Shown: positions 50,953 to 60,494, counted from the first letter of the stretch. The stretch is DNA of 64,000 nucleotides from an uncultured virus (IMG/VR IMGVR_UViG_3300046171_000179) (IMGVR_UViG_3300046171_000179); one strand, 5' to 3'. Notes: generated by a model not told the origin, from the sequence alone. Translations and numbers: made by a program.

Positions 50953-51177
50953 TTAACCTAATATTAATCCGATTATAATACCAGCTATAGGACCTAACAC
51001 TGCCCACAGCTCTAATATTCTAATCTTCTTTAACTCTGCATTTGTAAAAACATTATCAGACGTATCTAATATAACATCTCCAGCTTTTTGTTTAAGCTCT
51101 TCTGTTTTTTGTTTTAACTCTTCTTCTAATTGTTTAATTTGTTTTTTTGCATCCGCAAAAGTAAATTTACTAGCCAT
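50953..51177 (-). CDS. Coiled-coil protein with C-terminal TM
   Basis: 74 aa, hydrophobic C-terminus. Confidence 0.65.
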   Translation of the reverse strand: MASKFTFADAKKQIKQLEEELKQKTEELKQKAGDVILDTSDNVFTNAELKKIRILELWAVLGPIAGIIIGLILG

Positions 51178-51198
51178 TGTTTTAGTTTTAATTATTAA

Positions 51199-52941
51199 TT
51201 ATCCATCACAGGATATACAGTTTGGATCCATAGCTTTAGCAGCTATATCACCTCTTAGAACTGATTCAGTTCTCATATAATAAAGAGTTTTTATACCCCT
51301 TTTCCAAGCTTCAAAATGGACTTTATTAACCCATCTTGGCTCAGCCTCCGCAGGAAATGCTAGATTTAATGATACTGATTGATCAATATAATCTTGCCGT
51401 ATTCCAGCTTGTCCAACTAACTCCAGTTGGTTTATCTCTTTAAACGTTTTATAAACGTTCTTGACAGACTCGCCTTCTTCTTGAGTTAGTCGTCCGAGGT
51501 GGTCGTAAAACCATCCATCGAGTTCTTTAATTCCTTGAATGGATCCACCATCTTCCAGAATTTTATCCCAAGTTTCTTTGGTATCAATACCAACTTTCTT
51601 AAGTACTTTCCTAAGTTCATTGTTTTTTCTTATAAATGTTCCTTTAGCTGATTGTTCTGTAAAAACATTAGCTGCCCAAGGCTCTATGCCTGGCGATATG
51701 TTACCACTTAATTTACTATTAGAAACTGTAGGCGCTACAGATCTTAAATGTGTATTTCTAAAACCTGTACCTACACACCACAAAGGCTCACCATATATCT
51801 CAGCAAGCTTACGTGATGCTCTTTCTGTTTCAATTTTAATCTTACTGAATATTTCTCTAGTTTTAAACTGAGCTAAAAGCCCTTCAAAAGCTATTCCCTT
51901 CTTCTGTAACAGCGTGTGCCAGCCTAATACACCTAAACCTATGGCTCGGCCTTTTTCCGCTGATCTAATAGCGTTTTCAAAGCCTTTCATATTCTTAGCT
52001 TTTTGTATAAACTCCTCCATTACACCATCTAAAAACCATGTAGCATCATAGATAAGATTAGTATTTTTCCACTCATCGTATTTAGCAAGATTTAAAGATG
52101 ACAAGCAACAAACAAAACTGTGGCTTTCATCTGTATGTAGTGTTATTTCACTACATATATTAGTCATATGTACCTTTAAGCTATTCGACTTGTAAGCAGG
52201 TGGATTAGCCTTGTTCGTATTACCTTTAAAGAGGATATACGGCTCCCCAGTAGCTTTACGTTTTTGGAGTAGCTTGGACCATCTTTGTCGTGCTTCTTGA
52301 TCTCCGCTCTCGAGCTTTCGCATAAACTTATCGCCAACGACAGCACACTGATGTAGGTTAAGAGATTGCCTGTTGACGTCACCTTTAGGTTCTCTAATTT
52401 CCAACCATTCATCAAAATCAGAGTGTTCGATATTGAGATTAACGGATGCAGCTCCTCTACGTACTGATCCTTGATTGGTCGCGAGTATAGTTGAGTCATA
52501 GATTTTGCAAAAAGGGACAACTCCATCTGATGTTCCATTACCTGTAATTTTAGATCCGGCAGGGCGTATCATATTGATGCCTATACCTACTCCGCCGCCG
52601 TGTTTAGCAAGTAGCATCATTTCTAAGTTCTTGTTACCTATATCATTTATGCTATCAGCAACATCAATACCAAAACAAGAGATAGGTAAACCTCTGTCTG
52701 TACCTGTATTAGATAACACAGGTGATGCTAAACATAGCCAGCCTTTCCAGATGTAGTCAAAAAACTGTTCTGCTAGCTCTGGTTTATATAACCTTCTAGC
52801 AACAGCATTTGAAACACGCGTGTAAGCTTCTCTAGGTGATTCACCCATCAAAAGATATCCACCGATAATAGTTTTCTTATAAACATCAGTATCACCCCAG
52901 TTAGGATAATCTACACCTTTTTTCCAATCGTTATTCCACAT
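51199..52941 (-). CDS. nrdA: Ribonucleotide reductase class Ia alpha (short, no ATP cone)
   Basis: PISCF, TNICSE, VAPT.S, KTLYY, C-terminal CISC. Confidence 0.95.
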   Translation of the reverse strand: MWNNDWKKGVDYPNWGDTDVYKKTIIGGYLLMGESPREAYTRVSNAVARRLYKPELAEQFFDYIWKGWLCLASPVLSNTGTDRGLPISCFGIDVADSINDIGNKNLEMMLLAKHGGGVGIGINMIRPAGSKITGNGTSDGVVPFCKIYDSTILATNQGSVRRGAASVNLNIEHSDFDEWLEIREPKGDVNRQSLNLHQCAVVGDKFMRKLESGDQEARQRWSKLLQKRKATGEPYILFKGNTNKANPPAYKSNSLKVHMTNICSEITLHTDESHSFVCCLSSLNLAKYDEWKNTNLIYDATWFLDGVMEEFIQKAKNMKGFENAIRSAEKGRAIGLGVLGWHTLLQKKGIAFEGLLAQFKTREIFSKIKIETERASRKLAEIYGEPLWCVGTGFRNTHLRSVAPTVSNSKLSGNISPGIEPWAANVFTEQSAKGTFIRKNNELRKVLKKVGIDTKETWDKILEDGGSIQGIKELDGWFYDHLGRLTQEEGESVKNVYKTFKEINQLELVGQAGIRQDYIDQSVSLNLAFPAEAEPRWVNKVHFEAWKRGIKTLYYMRTESVLRGDIAAKAMDPNCISCDG

Positions 52942-53077
52942 TTTTTTTATTTTTATTGTATTCTTCTACAAACTTTAAAGCATCATCTAAATGCTTTTCT
53001 TCCCAATGAATTCTATATTCATATCCGCCAGGAAAAACAGCATCACACTGACTACATTTTATTATATTCTTAGGCAT
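52931..53077 (-). CDS. 48-aa C2H2 zinc-finger protein, not in ORF track
   Basis: C-SQ-C-DAV-F-PGGYE-Y-RI-H-WEEK-H. Confidence 0.7.
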   Translation of the reverse strand: MPKNIIKCSQCDAVFPGGYEYRIHWEEKHLDDALKFVEEYNKNKKNVE

Positions 53078-53429
53078 TGTATAAATATATAGTATATCCT
53101 ATCATTACATTAATATTTACAGCTACTAAATTCCATTGTTTAGCTAACCAAACTTGAGGAATAGATATTAAACCGCCTAATATATAAATAATTGGACCTA
53201 TATTACCAGAGCTTAATATATAAGGAGCTATCATAATAAAAGCAGTTCCCATATAACCAAGTCTTTGAGCTAATCTTTCTTTAGCACTTAAACGCCTGTC
53301 CTGTACAAGTAATCTTAAAAAGCTTTTTTTCCATCTAAACTCACATCTCATACAGGTTTTTTTACCAGTATGTTTAAACTTAGATTCTTTCTTTTTTTTC
53401 TTACATATATTACACTCTCTCATTACCAA
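53070..53429 (-). CDS. Zn-ribbon plus multi-TM protein
   Basis: CNIC/CMRC then hydrophobic helices. Confidence 0.65.
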   Translation of the reverse strand: MVMRECNICKKKKKESKFKHTGKKTCMRCEFRWKKSFLRLLVQDRRLSAKERLAQRLGYMGTAFIMIAPYILSSGNIGPIIYILGGLISIPQVWLAKQWNLVAVNINVMIGYTIYLYNA

Positions 53430-54391
53430 ATATCTTCAAAATCTTCTCCTTCATTTGCTTTGGAATAATCTGTGGGACGTACAGCAAAAAAGTCAGTATG
53501 AGTGTGGCCACCAGTGAGATGGTAAAACCAATCGAGTCTGCTTGCTGCTTTGTCATCGTACTTAAAGTACTTCCCGAGGTGCTTGTATCCAAGCTCAAGC
53601 AGTTTTTCATTAAGTCTTTTTCTAATAAATTGTTTGAGATCGTAGGCTTTAAGGTTTTCAATATCTCCTTGTTCGAACATTTTATCAATGTATCGCTCTT
53701 CTGCTTTAAGCATTGCTTCTGCTGCATTTGTAACATCTTTTTTACAGTCTTCTAATAAATGATTATCTTCTTGACACATGTGTCTAAATAATTGGCAACC
53801 CATTTTACTGTGTAGTGATTCATCGCGAACAGACCACTTCATTTGTTGACCAATACCTTTTAAAAGGTTTCTTAATTGGAAGCTATATAACACAGCAAAA
53901 GCAGAATATAAACTAACTCCTTCAGCAAAAGCGCTAAAAATAGCCAACGATTTTGCAATACCAACTCTATCAGTTCCTTCATAGCTAACTAAGGTATTAA
54001 AACGTTCCATTGTAGCTTCATCTTGTAAGAAAGCTTCAAAATCTTCTAGGCCTAATGTTTCATTAAGATAACTATAAGCAACCGCGTGTATAGTTTCTTG
54101 GCTACCAAACATCATAGCCATTTGTTTTATCTCATGCTTAGGAAACCACGATACAACTTTTTGGGTCCAATAATCAGATACCGCACACTCAGTTTGCGCA
54201 AATCCCAAAAGTATATTTCCAACCAAGTTCTTCTCTGCTTTGGTAAGCTTTTCGTTCCAATCCTTGACATCACCTGACATCGGTATCTCGGTATGAAGCC
54301 AGAATGCTTGAGCTTGTTTAAGCCATCCCTCAGTATAGTACTCTGGATATTCAAACGGTTTGTATGCAATTCTTTCATCAAATAATCCCAT
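53423..54391 (-). CDS. nrdB: Ribonucleotide reductase beta
   Basis: ETIHAVAY, EGVSLYSAF, RDESLH diiron motifs. Confidence 0.95.
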   Translation of the reverse strand: MGLFDERIAYKPFEYPEYYTEGWLKQAQAFWLHTEIPMSGDVKDWNEKLTKAEKNLVGNILLGFAQTECAVSDYWTQKVVSWFPKHEIKQMAMMFGSQETIHAVAYSYLNETLGLEDFEAFLQDEATMERFNTLVSYEGTDRVGIAKSLAIFSAFAEGVSLYSAFAVLYSFQLRNLLKGIGQQMKWSVRDESLHSKMGCQLFRHMCQEDNHLLEDCKKDVTNAAEAMLKAEERYIDKMFEQGDIENLKAYDLKQFIRKRLNEKLLELGYKHLGKYFKYDDKAASRLDWFYHLTGGHTHTDFFAVRPTDYSKANEGEDFEDIW

Positions 54392-54610
54392 TTATACTTC
54401 TAGTTTTTTATCTTCTTGTTCTTTTTTCTTTTCTTCAAACATTTTAGTTAATTCTTTTAATGCTTTTTTATAACCTGGTAAAAGTTTAACTAACTCAGTT
54501 GTACCAACTGATATATCTTTCATTGTATTTAACTCTTGGATAATTCTATTTAATACATTACCCATTGTGTCTATTTTATTAGACATTTCTATTAACTTAT
54601 TTTCTTTCAT
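54392..54610 (-). CDS. Hypothetical protein
   Basis: 72-aa ORF abutting nrdB. Confidence 0.7.
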   Translation of the reverse strand: MKENKLIEMSNKIDTMGNVLNRIIQELNTMKDISVGTTELVKLLPGYKKALKELTKMFEEKKKEQEDKKLEV

Positions 54611-54886
54611 ATAAATAATTTTTTACCTAATATTAAAGGACTAGCATCTTTGTTATGATTAACTTCATAATGACTATCAAACTCTTTAATTAATATAGGT
54701 TTGTTTTTAAATCTTCTAGGATATTTCTCTAGTATATATTGTTTTAATTTATCCATAATAAACTGTTATACATAATTCCACAAAAGGTAAATAAAAAACA
54801 TGTTCTACAAATGTTTCCTCTGGATAACTTCTCATACCTATGAGCATTCCAGGATATAATCCAACACTAATTTCCCATCCTGTCAT
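54607..54886 (-). CDS. Two small ORFs (54749-54886 MTGWEIS...; 54607-54756 MDKLKQ...)
   Basis: Manual translation, overlapping start/stop coupling. Confidence 0.55.
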
Positions 54887-55070
54887 TTTTCTGTTCTTTT
54901 AAATAGTAGTTTAACATAGTCATGTGAAACTTTATACGTTCAGCGTAATGCTCACGTAGTGTAAAATCCGTGTTTGTTTCCGATAGATTCGATGTCAGAA
55001 TATCTGATTGGTCCATTTTTTGATTTTATATAATTATTAATATCTTTTTGTAATATTCTACGAGAATACA

Positions 55071-55523
55071 TTATCCTTGCTTCTTTCTTTTTTCTTTGAT
55101 CAGAATCATCGTGTAGTCTACTTCCTTCTGGTTTTGCGGCTTGTAAAGCGTCTTTCCAATCTTGTTTTTCGTGAGCCATAGTTTAAATAATTTCCATCTT
55201 ATAGGGAAAGACTCATTAGCCCTTCCCTTACATTCTATTATGTAGTCTTTTCCAACAAAGTCAGGTGTATACTTAATTCCCAACATTTTCTTTTGCCCTC
55301 TGTTAGTATATTCACCCTTTCCGTTCGCTTGTTTTTCAAAAGATTCATTGTTAAAATTAAATCCTTCGATAAGCTGGAAAACTTCATTTTCATATCCTTC
55401 AAATAATTTGTTTTTTTTAAGAGCCATATAAGTATATCTCTCTAAACCTGATGCAAAGTTAATACCATCATAAGTAATTTTCTTAGATTGTACTGGTCCT
55501 TTTTTTCTAGATCTTTTTTTCAT
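55071..55523 (-). CDS. Endonuclease I-like/Holliday junction resolvase
   Basis: FASGLE...YTPDF...IECKG. Confidence 0.8.
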   Translation of the reverse strand: MKKRSRKKGPVQSKKITYDGINFASGLERYTYMALKKNKLFEGYENEVFQLIEGFNFNNESFEKQANGKGEYTNRGQKKMLGIKYTPDFVGKDYIIECKGRANESFPIRWKLFKLWLTKNKIGKTLYKPQNQKEVDYTMILIKEKRKKQG

Positions 55524-56398
55524 TAAGTTCTGTTTGATACAAACGAAGGAGGTGGTCCTGGATCTGGATAATCAGACAAACTGTCTTTTGGATCTGCATA
55601 AACAAAAGTAGGATCATTATCTTTTACAAAAGTTCCATTAACCATTTTACCCGTACGTTTAGATATAACATCATAAGCTGAGCTTATACAACTTTCTATA
55701 TGTACACCTCTCATGTAAGCTAAGTTTGTTAACACCACAACCATGTCTCCTATAGCGTCTATAACCTCAGGTTGATCATTTTTTAACAAAGCTTTAGCTA
55801 ACTCTCCTGCCTCTTCTTGAAGCTTAACATATTGTGTAGTAGCATTACCTTTATCATACAAGCCTCTTTCTTTAGCCCATTGTCTTATTTTTTCAAACAT
55901 TTTCATAGGTTTTTTCTCACAACCTTGTTTTTGAAAAGGACCAGCTTCGTGCATGGCTTTGTTATAAACATAACAACGGTTATTATTAAACATAGATGTT
56001 TTAACGTTATCTAATATCCACTCTATTTTATCTGTAGCATTTATATTTACAGTTCCGTGTGGTGTTTCCCATTGTAAATCACCTAAAAATCTACCATCAA
56101 TATCTTCTTTAGATATAGCAAATGTAGTTGTTTGCTCTGTTACGTTTACTTTTTTCATTTCTTTATTAAATAATTTATCATAAGGTTTCATATCTACTTT
56201 ATAGCCTAGATCTTTCTGTAAAGTTCTTTCAGCTTTAGCAGCTTCTTTTATATCGTCTGTTTCAAATAATATTTCATATTCACCAGGTTTATAACCTTGT
56301 TCTTCTTCAACACGTTTTTTTATGTTTTTAGTACAACCTATTTTTTTACCAAGTATATGATATATTTTATATTTACCTTTTTTTACCTCTATATTCAT
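55523..56398 (-). CDS. GIY-YIG-like N-terminus fused to MazG-like NTP pyrophosphatase
   Basis: KIYHI..KKIGCT; KLQEEAGELA...DAIGD. Confidence 0.8.
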   Translation of the reverse strand: MNIEVKKGKYKIYHILGKKIGCTKNIKKRVEEEQGYKPGEYEILFETDDIKEAAKAERTLQKDLGYKVDMKPYDKLFNKEMKKVNVTEQTTTFAISKEDIDGRFLGDLQWETPHGTVNINATDKIEWILDNVKTSMFNNNRCYVYNKAMHEAGPFQKQGCEKKPMKMFEKIRQWAKERGLYDKGNATTQYVKLQEEAGELAKALLKNDQPEVIDAIGDMVVVLTNLAYMRGVHIESCISSAYDVISKRTGKMVNGTFVKDNDPTFVYADPKDSLSDYPDPGPPPSFVSNRT

Positions 56399-56400
56399 GT

Positions 56401-56739
56401 TTAATCTTTATATAGTTCAATAACGTAATAAATATTATTTTTACCTTTAACTATAGCCTCTCCTATTTTAGGATATATACTATAGTTGTATCTATATATA
56501 TTATCATTGTTATATTGATAATCAATTAAAGCGTTTGAATCAGAACTTGATTTAAAACTGCTTTTAACTTTACCATAATATGGCGTGTAATATATATCAT
56601 TATATGATTTACCAACTATTACAGCGTCTTGTACTCGTTCTTGGTAAAAGTCATCATATATATCTATAGTTGAATAACTATAATCTGCTTGAAATTGAGC
56701 AAATGTAAATATTGGGAGTAGTAATAATAATAGTTTCAT
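56401..56739 (-). CDS. Putative exported protein
   Basis: MKLLLLLLPIFTFAQ signal peptide. Confidence 0.6.
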   Translation of the reverse strand: MKLLLLLLPIFTFAQFQADYSYSTIDIYDDFYQERVQDAVIVGKSYNDIYYTPYYGKVKSSFKSSSDSNALIDYQYNNDNIYRYNYSIYPKIGEAIVKGKNNIYYVIELYKD

Positions 56740-56744
56740 ATTTT

Positions 56745-56996
56745 TTAATTTTCATTGTTACGATTAATCATAGCTTCTTCTATCTCATCTTGTAAACATC
56801 TTTTAGCTGCTTCAAGATATAATATAGCGTCCATCATCTCTTCTTGAACGTCAATAATAAATCTATTAAGATCTTTATCTTCACCCTTGATCTCTTCCAT
56901 CATGGTTGCACCATATTTCTTTTGACCTGTTAAACTGCGTTGGTCCATTTTTTTTAATACAGTCTGTACTATTTCGTCTTTTGTTTCTATTTGCAT
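56745..56996 (-). CDS. Small all-alpha NTP-PPase-like protein
   Basis: R...G.KKYG...QEE..DAILYL. Confidence 0.55.
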   Translation of the reverse strand: MQIETKDEIVQTVLKKMDQRSLTGQKKYGATMMEEIKGEDKDLNRFIIDVQEEMMDAILYLEAAKRCLQDEIEEAMINRNNEN

Positions 56997-57000
56997 ATTA

Positions 57001-57639
57001 TTATATTTTATTGTTATAAAGATGTAAATTGTGTGCGTAATGATAATATTCTCCAACGTCTACAGATACTCTATCTGCAACCATTTTTTGTAGATATGAA
57101 AAACAGTATTGATCAATACAAAAGCCAAACCAGAGATCATTAGATCGCATCAGAACAGCCATGTTTAGTTTGTTATTCAATATAGTAAACTGAACAGCAT
57201 AAGTACAAGGAGTATCCTTACGATATAAGGCATGTTCTTTACCATCGTAAATACTTATAGCTGCGTGCCTAGTATCTTTATCATGTTTTAACTTAGCTAT
57301 AACATAATCTAATTGATAGTTACGTTCCCATTGATATCCATAATTAGAATTAACATGACGATCTATAGACATACGCTCCCATATAGCAGGTACTTTGCCA
57401 TATAACTCTCCAAGCTTATCAATATTATTATCACCTGATAGATACCACTTCCATTCAGCTTCAGCATAATCTATATTAAAGTTTCTTTTTTCATTAGTTA
57501 TAATATTATCTAATGGATCAGATAAAGTAAAACCAACATTAAATAAAGCTTTAGTATCGCCAAAGTTTACACCGTCAGATATTATCTTGTGATAAAAATA
57601 ATTAAAAGCATCGTTAGCACAGTGAAATTTAGTTTTCAT
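57001..57639 (-). CDS. Thymidylate synthase family enzyme (possibly dCMP-specific)
   Basis: YGYQW, DTPCT, MRSNDLWFGFCID, HNLHLY. Confidence 0.85.
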   Translation of the reverse strand: MKTKFHCANDAFNYFYHKIISDGVNFGDTKALFNVGFTLSDPLDNIITNEKRNFNIDYAEAEWKWYLSGDNNIDKLGELYGKVPAIWERMSIDRHVNSNYGYQWERNYQLDYVIAKLKHDKDTRHAAISIYDGKEHALYRKDTPCTYAVQFTILNNKLNMAVLMRSNDLWFGFCIDQYCFSYLQKMVADRVSVDVGEYYHYAHNLHLYNNKI

Positions 57640-57931
57640 AAAATGATATTAAGTATTTAAATATAATTGCACTAAAACATAGATAATAAAACAAACCAAC
57701 AATTTTAGATATATTATAATATAAAGAATAGTATTTACTTTTTAGCATTATTGTTTCTAAATTAAATAGAATAAATAATAATATACTAAATAATATTATT
57801 GCAGGTTTCAAACCATTAACTTGTCTTAAATCTACATATATAATCAATGATGTTACTGTAAATATAATAATAATTATTGAAAATAAAAAGTTTTTTAAGC
57901 TTAAATAATTAAACTTTCTTCTGTTTATCAT
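57629..57931 (-). CDS. Membrane protein
   Basis: Three hydrophobic segments; very AT-rich. Confidence 0.5.
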   Translation of the reverse strand: MINRRKFNYLSLKNFLFSIIIIIFTVTSLIIYVDLRQVNGLKPAIILFSILLFILFNLETIMLKSKYYSLYYNISKIVGLFYYLCFSAIIFKYLISFYEN

Positions 57932-58211
57932 AATAGTATTTATATGCGTTCATAACTTCATCCCATATCTGTTTCCAATCATAATGATGTTTAGACTTAT
58001 AAACTTTTTTATGTTTACCAGGTTCTGATACACCAACGTGCCATTTACCGTTTTTATTAGTAACAGGTATTGGAGATATTATTATACCTTGTTTTACTCC
58101 CCAACTATACCACACGCGTTGTTCATCGCTCATCATCCACTCATCGTCTAATAAAAAACCAGACTTTTTTTTCTTAGCAAGCTCTCTTGCTTTTAAAGTA
58201 CCTACACTCAT
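57909..58211 (-). CDS. Hypothetical protein
   Basis: 100-aa ORF directly after primase. Confidence 0.7.
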   Translation of the reverse strand: MSVGTLKARELAKKKKSGFLLDDEWMMSDEQRVWYSWGVKQGIIISPIPVTNKNGKWHVGVSEPGKHKKVYKSKHHYDWKQIWDEVMNAYKYYYDKQKKV

Positions 58212-59921
58212 CTATCCTTCCCAAGGCATTGAATCTAACTCTTGTTGATACGGTATGTAGTCGCCTGAGTCTTTATTCCATTTAAAGTGTGCCTCTGCTT
58301 GGTTTTCTCCAAGGTTTTGAAACTTAACTTTAAGTACTTTAACCTTAACTGTTTTATTAGTGTAATTCCTATGAACAAGAAGCCCGTGATAACTAGCATC
58401 ATACCACTCACCACCTCCTTTAATAGAATACATTGTCGGTTCATCCATTGTTCCATCATCTTTCTTATACATTTTAGTTGGGTGAGCTACAACAATAACA
58501 AGTACATCATGCTTTTTTGCAAAAGCTTCTATACGTGTTAAGTATTCCATCGTTGCATCAGGTATACTCATTGCACTAGCTCCGTTCATTTTTACTTTAT
58601 TATATGGATCTATAACTAAACACTTTATACCTTTACGTTTAACTAATTCAGCACCTTTGTTTAGCACAGAATCAAGATCATATCTTTCATTTTCTATAAA
58701 GTAAAAGTTATCATCTACTAGTTCTGTAACTTGATTCCACTTATCTGTACCTATATCTTCTTTCTTAGGCATCCAACCTCCTATCTTACGTATTAATTTA
58801 TGAGTATGTAAGAATGTAGGTTTGTTCTCTGGTGAAGCAAATGCTGTTTTCCAGCCGTACTTCATTTGGTAACCCACCACCATTCGATCAACAAAATCAG
58901 ACTTCCCACTGCTAGGAACGCCTGTAACGGTGATGAATTGCCCTGTGTAAGTAGAGAATATGCTATCAAAGTTATCAAGACCGACTTGATAACCAGGTTT
59001 AAAACCTTCATGAATAAATTCTTGTAGTTCATCATTTACATCTTTTAAGGTTACTACATTTTCAAGAGGAACAGGACTAGCTGTATCAACAAGACGCTTG
59101 AGCATAGTATTGCCGTAGCGTAACATATATTCATTAGCATCTTTACAGTCGTTAAAGTCAACTGTATAACATACCTCTGCTCCGAACCGTCTAATGAGTT
59201 CTTGCTGTAGATTTTGTCCTGCTTCATCTTTGTCAACTGCAATGATAATTTTGGATTTGTCATCGAAATATTCAATGCAATTATCAAGGTAATCAAGGTT
59301 AAGGCGGTTAAGAGTAGCTCCGTTTGGTACACTGACCACACTGTCGATCTTAGAATCCACAAAAGATAAAGCATCCATTTCGCCTTCCACAATAACAACA
59401 TAATCACGGCCAATAGTACTATCAATATTATAGAATACTTTTTCGGCACCTTTAACAAGTTTAAAGTTTTTTCTACCATCTCTATATTTTATATTTATAA
59501 GTTCGTTATTAATAAAATAATTAAATTGAATAGTGTTCTCAACTTTAGAGGTCTGTGGCATCCACTCAGAACCTTCAGATATTCTCATCTTAATAAGTGT
59601 TCGTTGTGAAATGCCTCTGTCCTCAAACCATTTAACAGCTCTATCGCTTATAAGTACATTATTATGCCATTCAGGTTTTGTATATACTTTATTTACATCT
59701 CCTTTACGTTGAAAGGTATGTAACTGAAATACCTCATCACAATTCATACAAGTACCAAGACCACGTTCCCAATCATACATAGCACATTTTGCTTTACGAT
59801 TCTCAGGTTTTCTATCAGCAGAGCAAAGAGGACAAGTGCCCTCTTTTTTCCCTACTTCAAGATCATACTGATTGAACTGGTCAATAGTAAATCCGTTGAT
59901 CTCTGTATTGTTAATTGTCAT
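58212..59921 (-). CDS. Primase-helicase (T7 gp4/Twinkle-like)
   Basis: CPLC/CMNC Zn site, IVEGEMD and D.DEAG TOPRIM, GVPSSGKS, VIDP, VVAHP. Confidence 0.93.
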   Translation of the reverse strand: MTINNTEINGFTIDQFNQYDLEVGKKEGTCPLCSADRKPENRKAKCAMYDWERGLGTCMNCDEVFQLHTFQRKGDVNKVYTKPEWHNNVLISDRAVKWFEDRGISQRTLIKMRISEGSEWMPQTSKVENTIQFNYFINNELINIKYRDGRKNFKLVKGAEKVFYNIDSTIGRDYVVIVEGEMDALSFVDSKIDSVVSVPNGATLNRLNLDYLDNCIEYFDDKSKIIIAVDKDEAGQNLQQELIRRFGAEVCYTVDFNDCKDANEYMLRYGNTMLKRLVDTASPVPLENVVTLKDVNDELQEFIHEGFKPGYQVGLDNFDSIFSTYTGQFITVTGVPSSGKSDFVDRMVVGYQMKYGWKTAFASPENKPTFLHTHKLIRKIGGWMPKKEDIGTDKWNQVTELVDDNFYFIENERYDLDSVLNKGAELVKRKGIKCLVIDPYNKVKMNGASAMSIPDATMEYLTRIEAFAKKHDVLVIVVAHPTKMYKKDDGTMDEPTMYSIKGGGEWYDASYHGLLVHRNYTNKTVKVKVLKVKFQNLGENQAEAHFKWNKDSGDYIPYQQELDSMPWEG

Positions 59922-59987
59922 ATTAATCTTCGATTAAAGTTATATTCCCGTCGCTGTCGGTATTAATACTAATATAATCTTCTTCCA

Positions 59988-60317
59988 TTAGAAAGGAAGG
60001 TCAGGATCTGAACCAGCATTTGAGATACTTTGTAAAGTCTCTACATTACTTTGCTGAGGTTCACCTTCTCTAGGAGTTACCGCTACATTATTACCGTTAG
60101 TCCAAACAACTTTTACATTACCTAAAAATGTTTTAGGAGCTTTAGCATCTCTTTCATCTTTAGTTTGTTCAGTTTGTATATAACCAGCATCTCCGTATTG
60201 GCCTAGCTCATCGTTAAGTACGATAGTAATAGGATAGTATTTACCTTTTTTACCTTCATATATCTTAGACTTATCAATCTTAGTTAGATCAATATTAGCT
60301 GAAATTAAACTTGCCAT
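59988..60317 (-). CDS. Single-stranded DNA-binding protein
   Basis: IDLTKIDK...FLGN; C-terminal DPDLPF. Confidence 0.75.
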   Translation of the reverse strand: MASLISANIDLTKIDKSKIYEGKKGKYYPITIVLNDELGQYGDAGYIQTEQTKDERDAKAPKTFLGNVKVVWTNGNNVAVTPREGEPQQSNVETLQSISNAGSDPDLPF

Positions 60318-60485
60318 TTAGTATGTATTTATAGTGTTAAACATTCTTCGCATCTGATCTTTTGTAGCACCTGTAGTTCTACGTAGATTATCAACAGCCT
60401 TAGTATGCGATTGGTTGCTGTAAAAATTATTCACGCTTGTGTTAACTCCTGTTACATCACAAACTCTTTTTCTTGTTCTTGCCAT
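60318..60485 (-). CDS. 55-aa hypothetical protein, not in ORF track
   Basis: MARTRKRVCDVTG...; fills gap. Confidence 0.6.
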   Translation of the reverse strand: MARTRKRVCDVTGVNTSVNNFYSNQSHTKAVDNLRRTTGATKDQMRRMFNTINTY

Positions 60486-60494
60486 AAAATTAAA

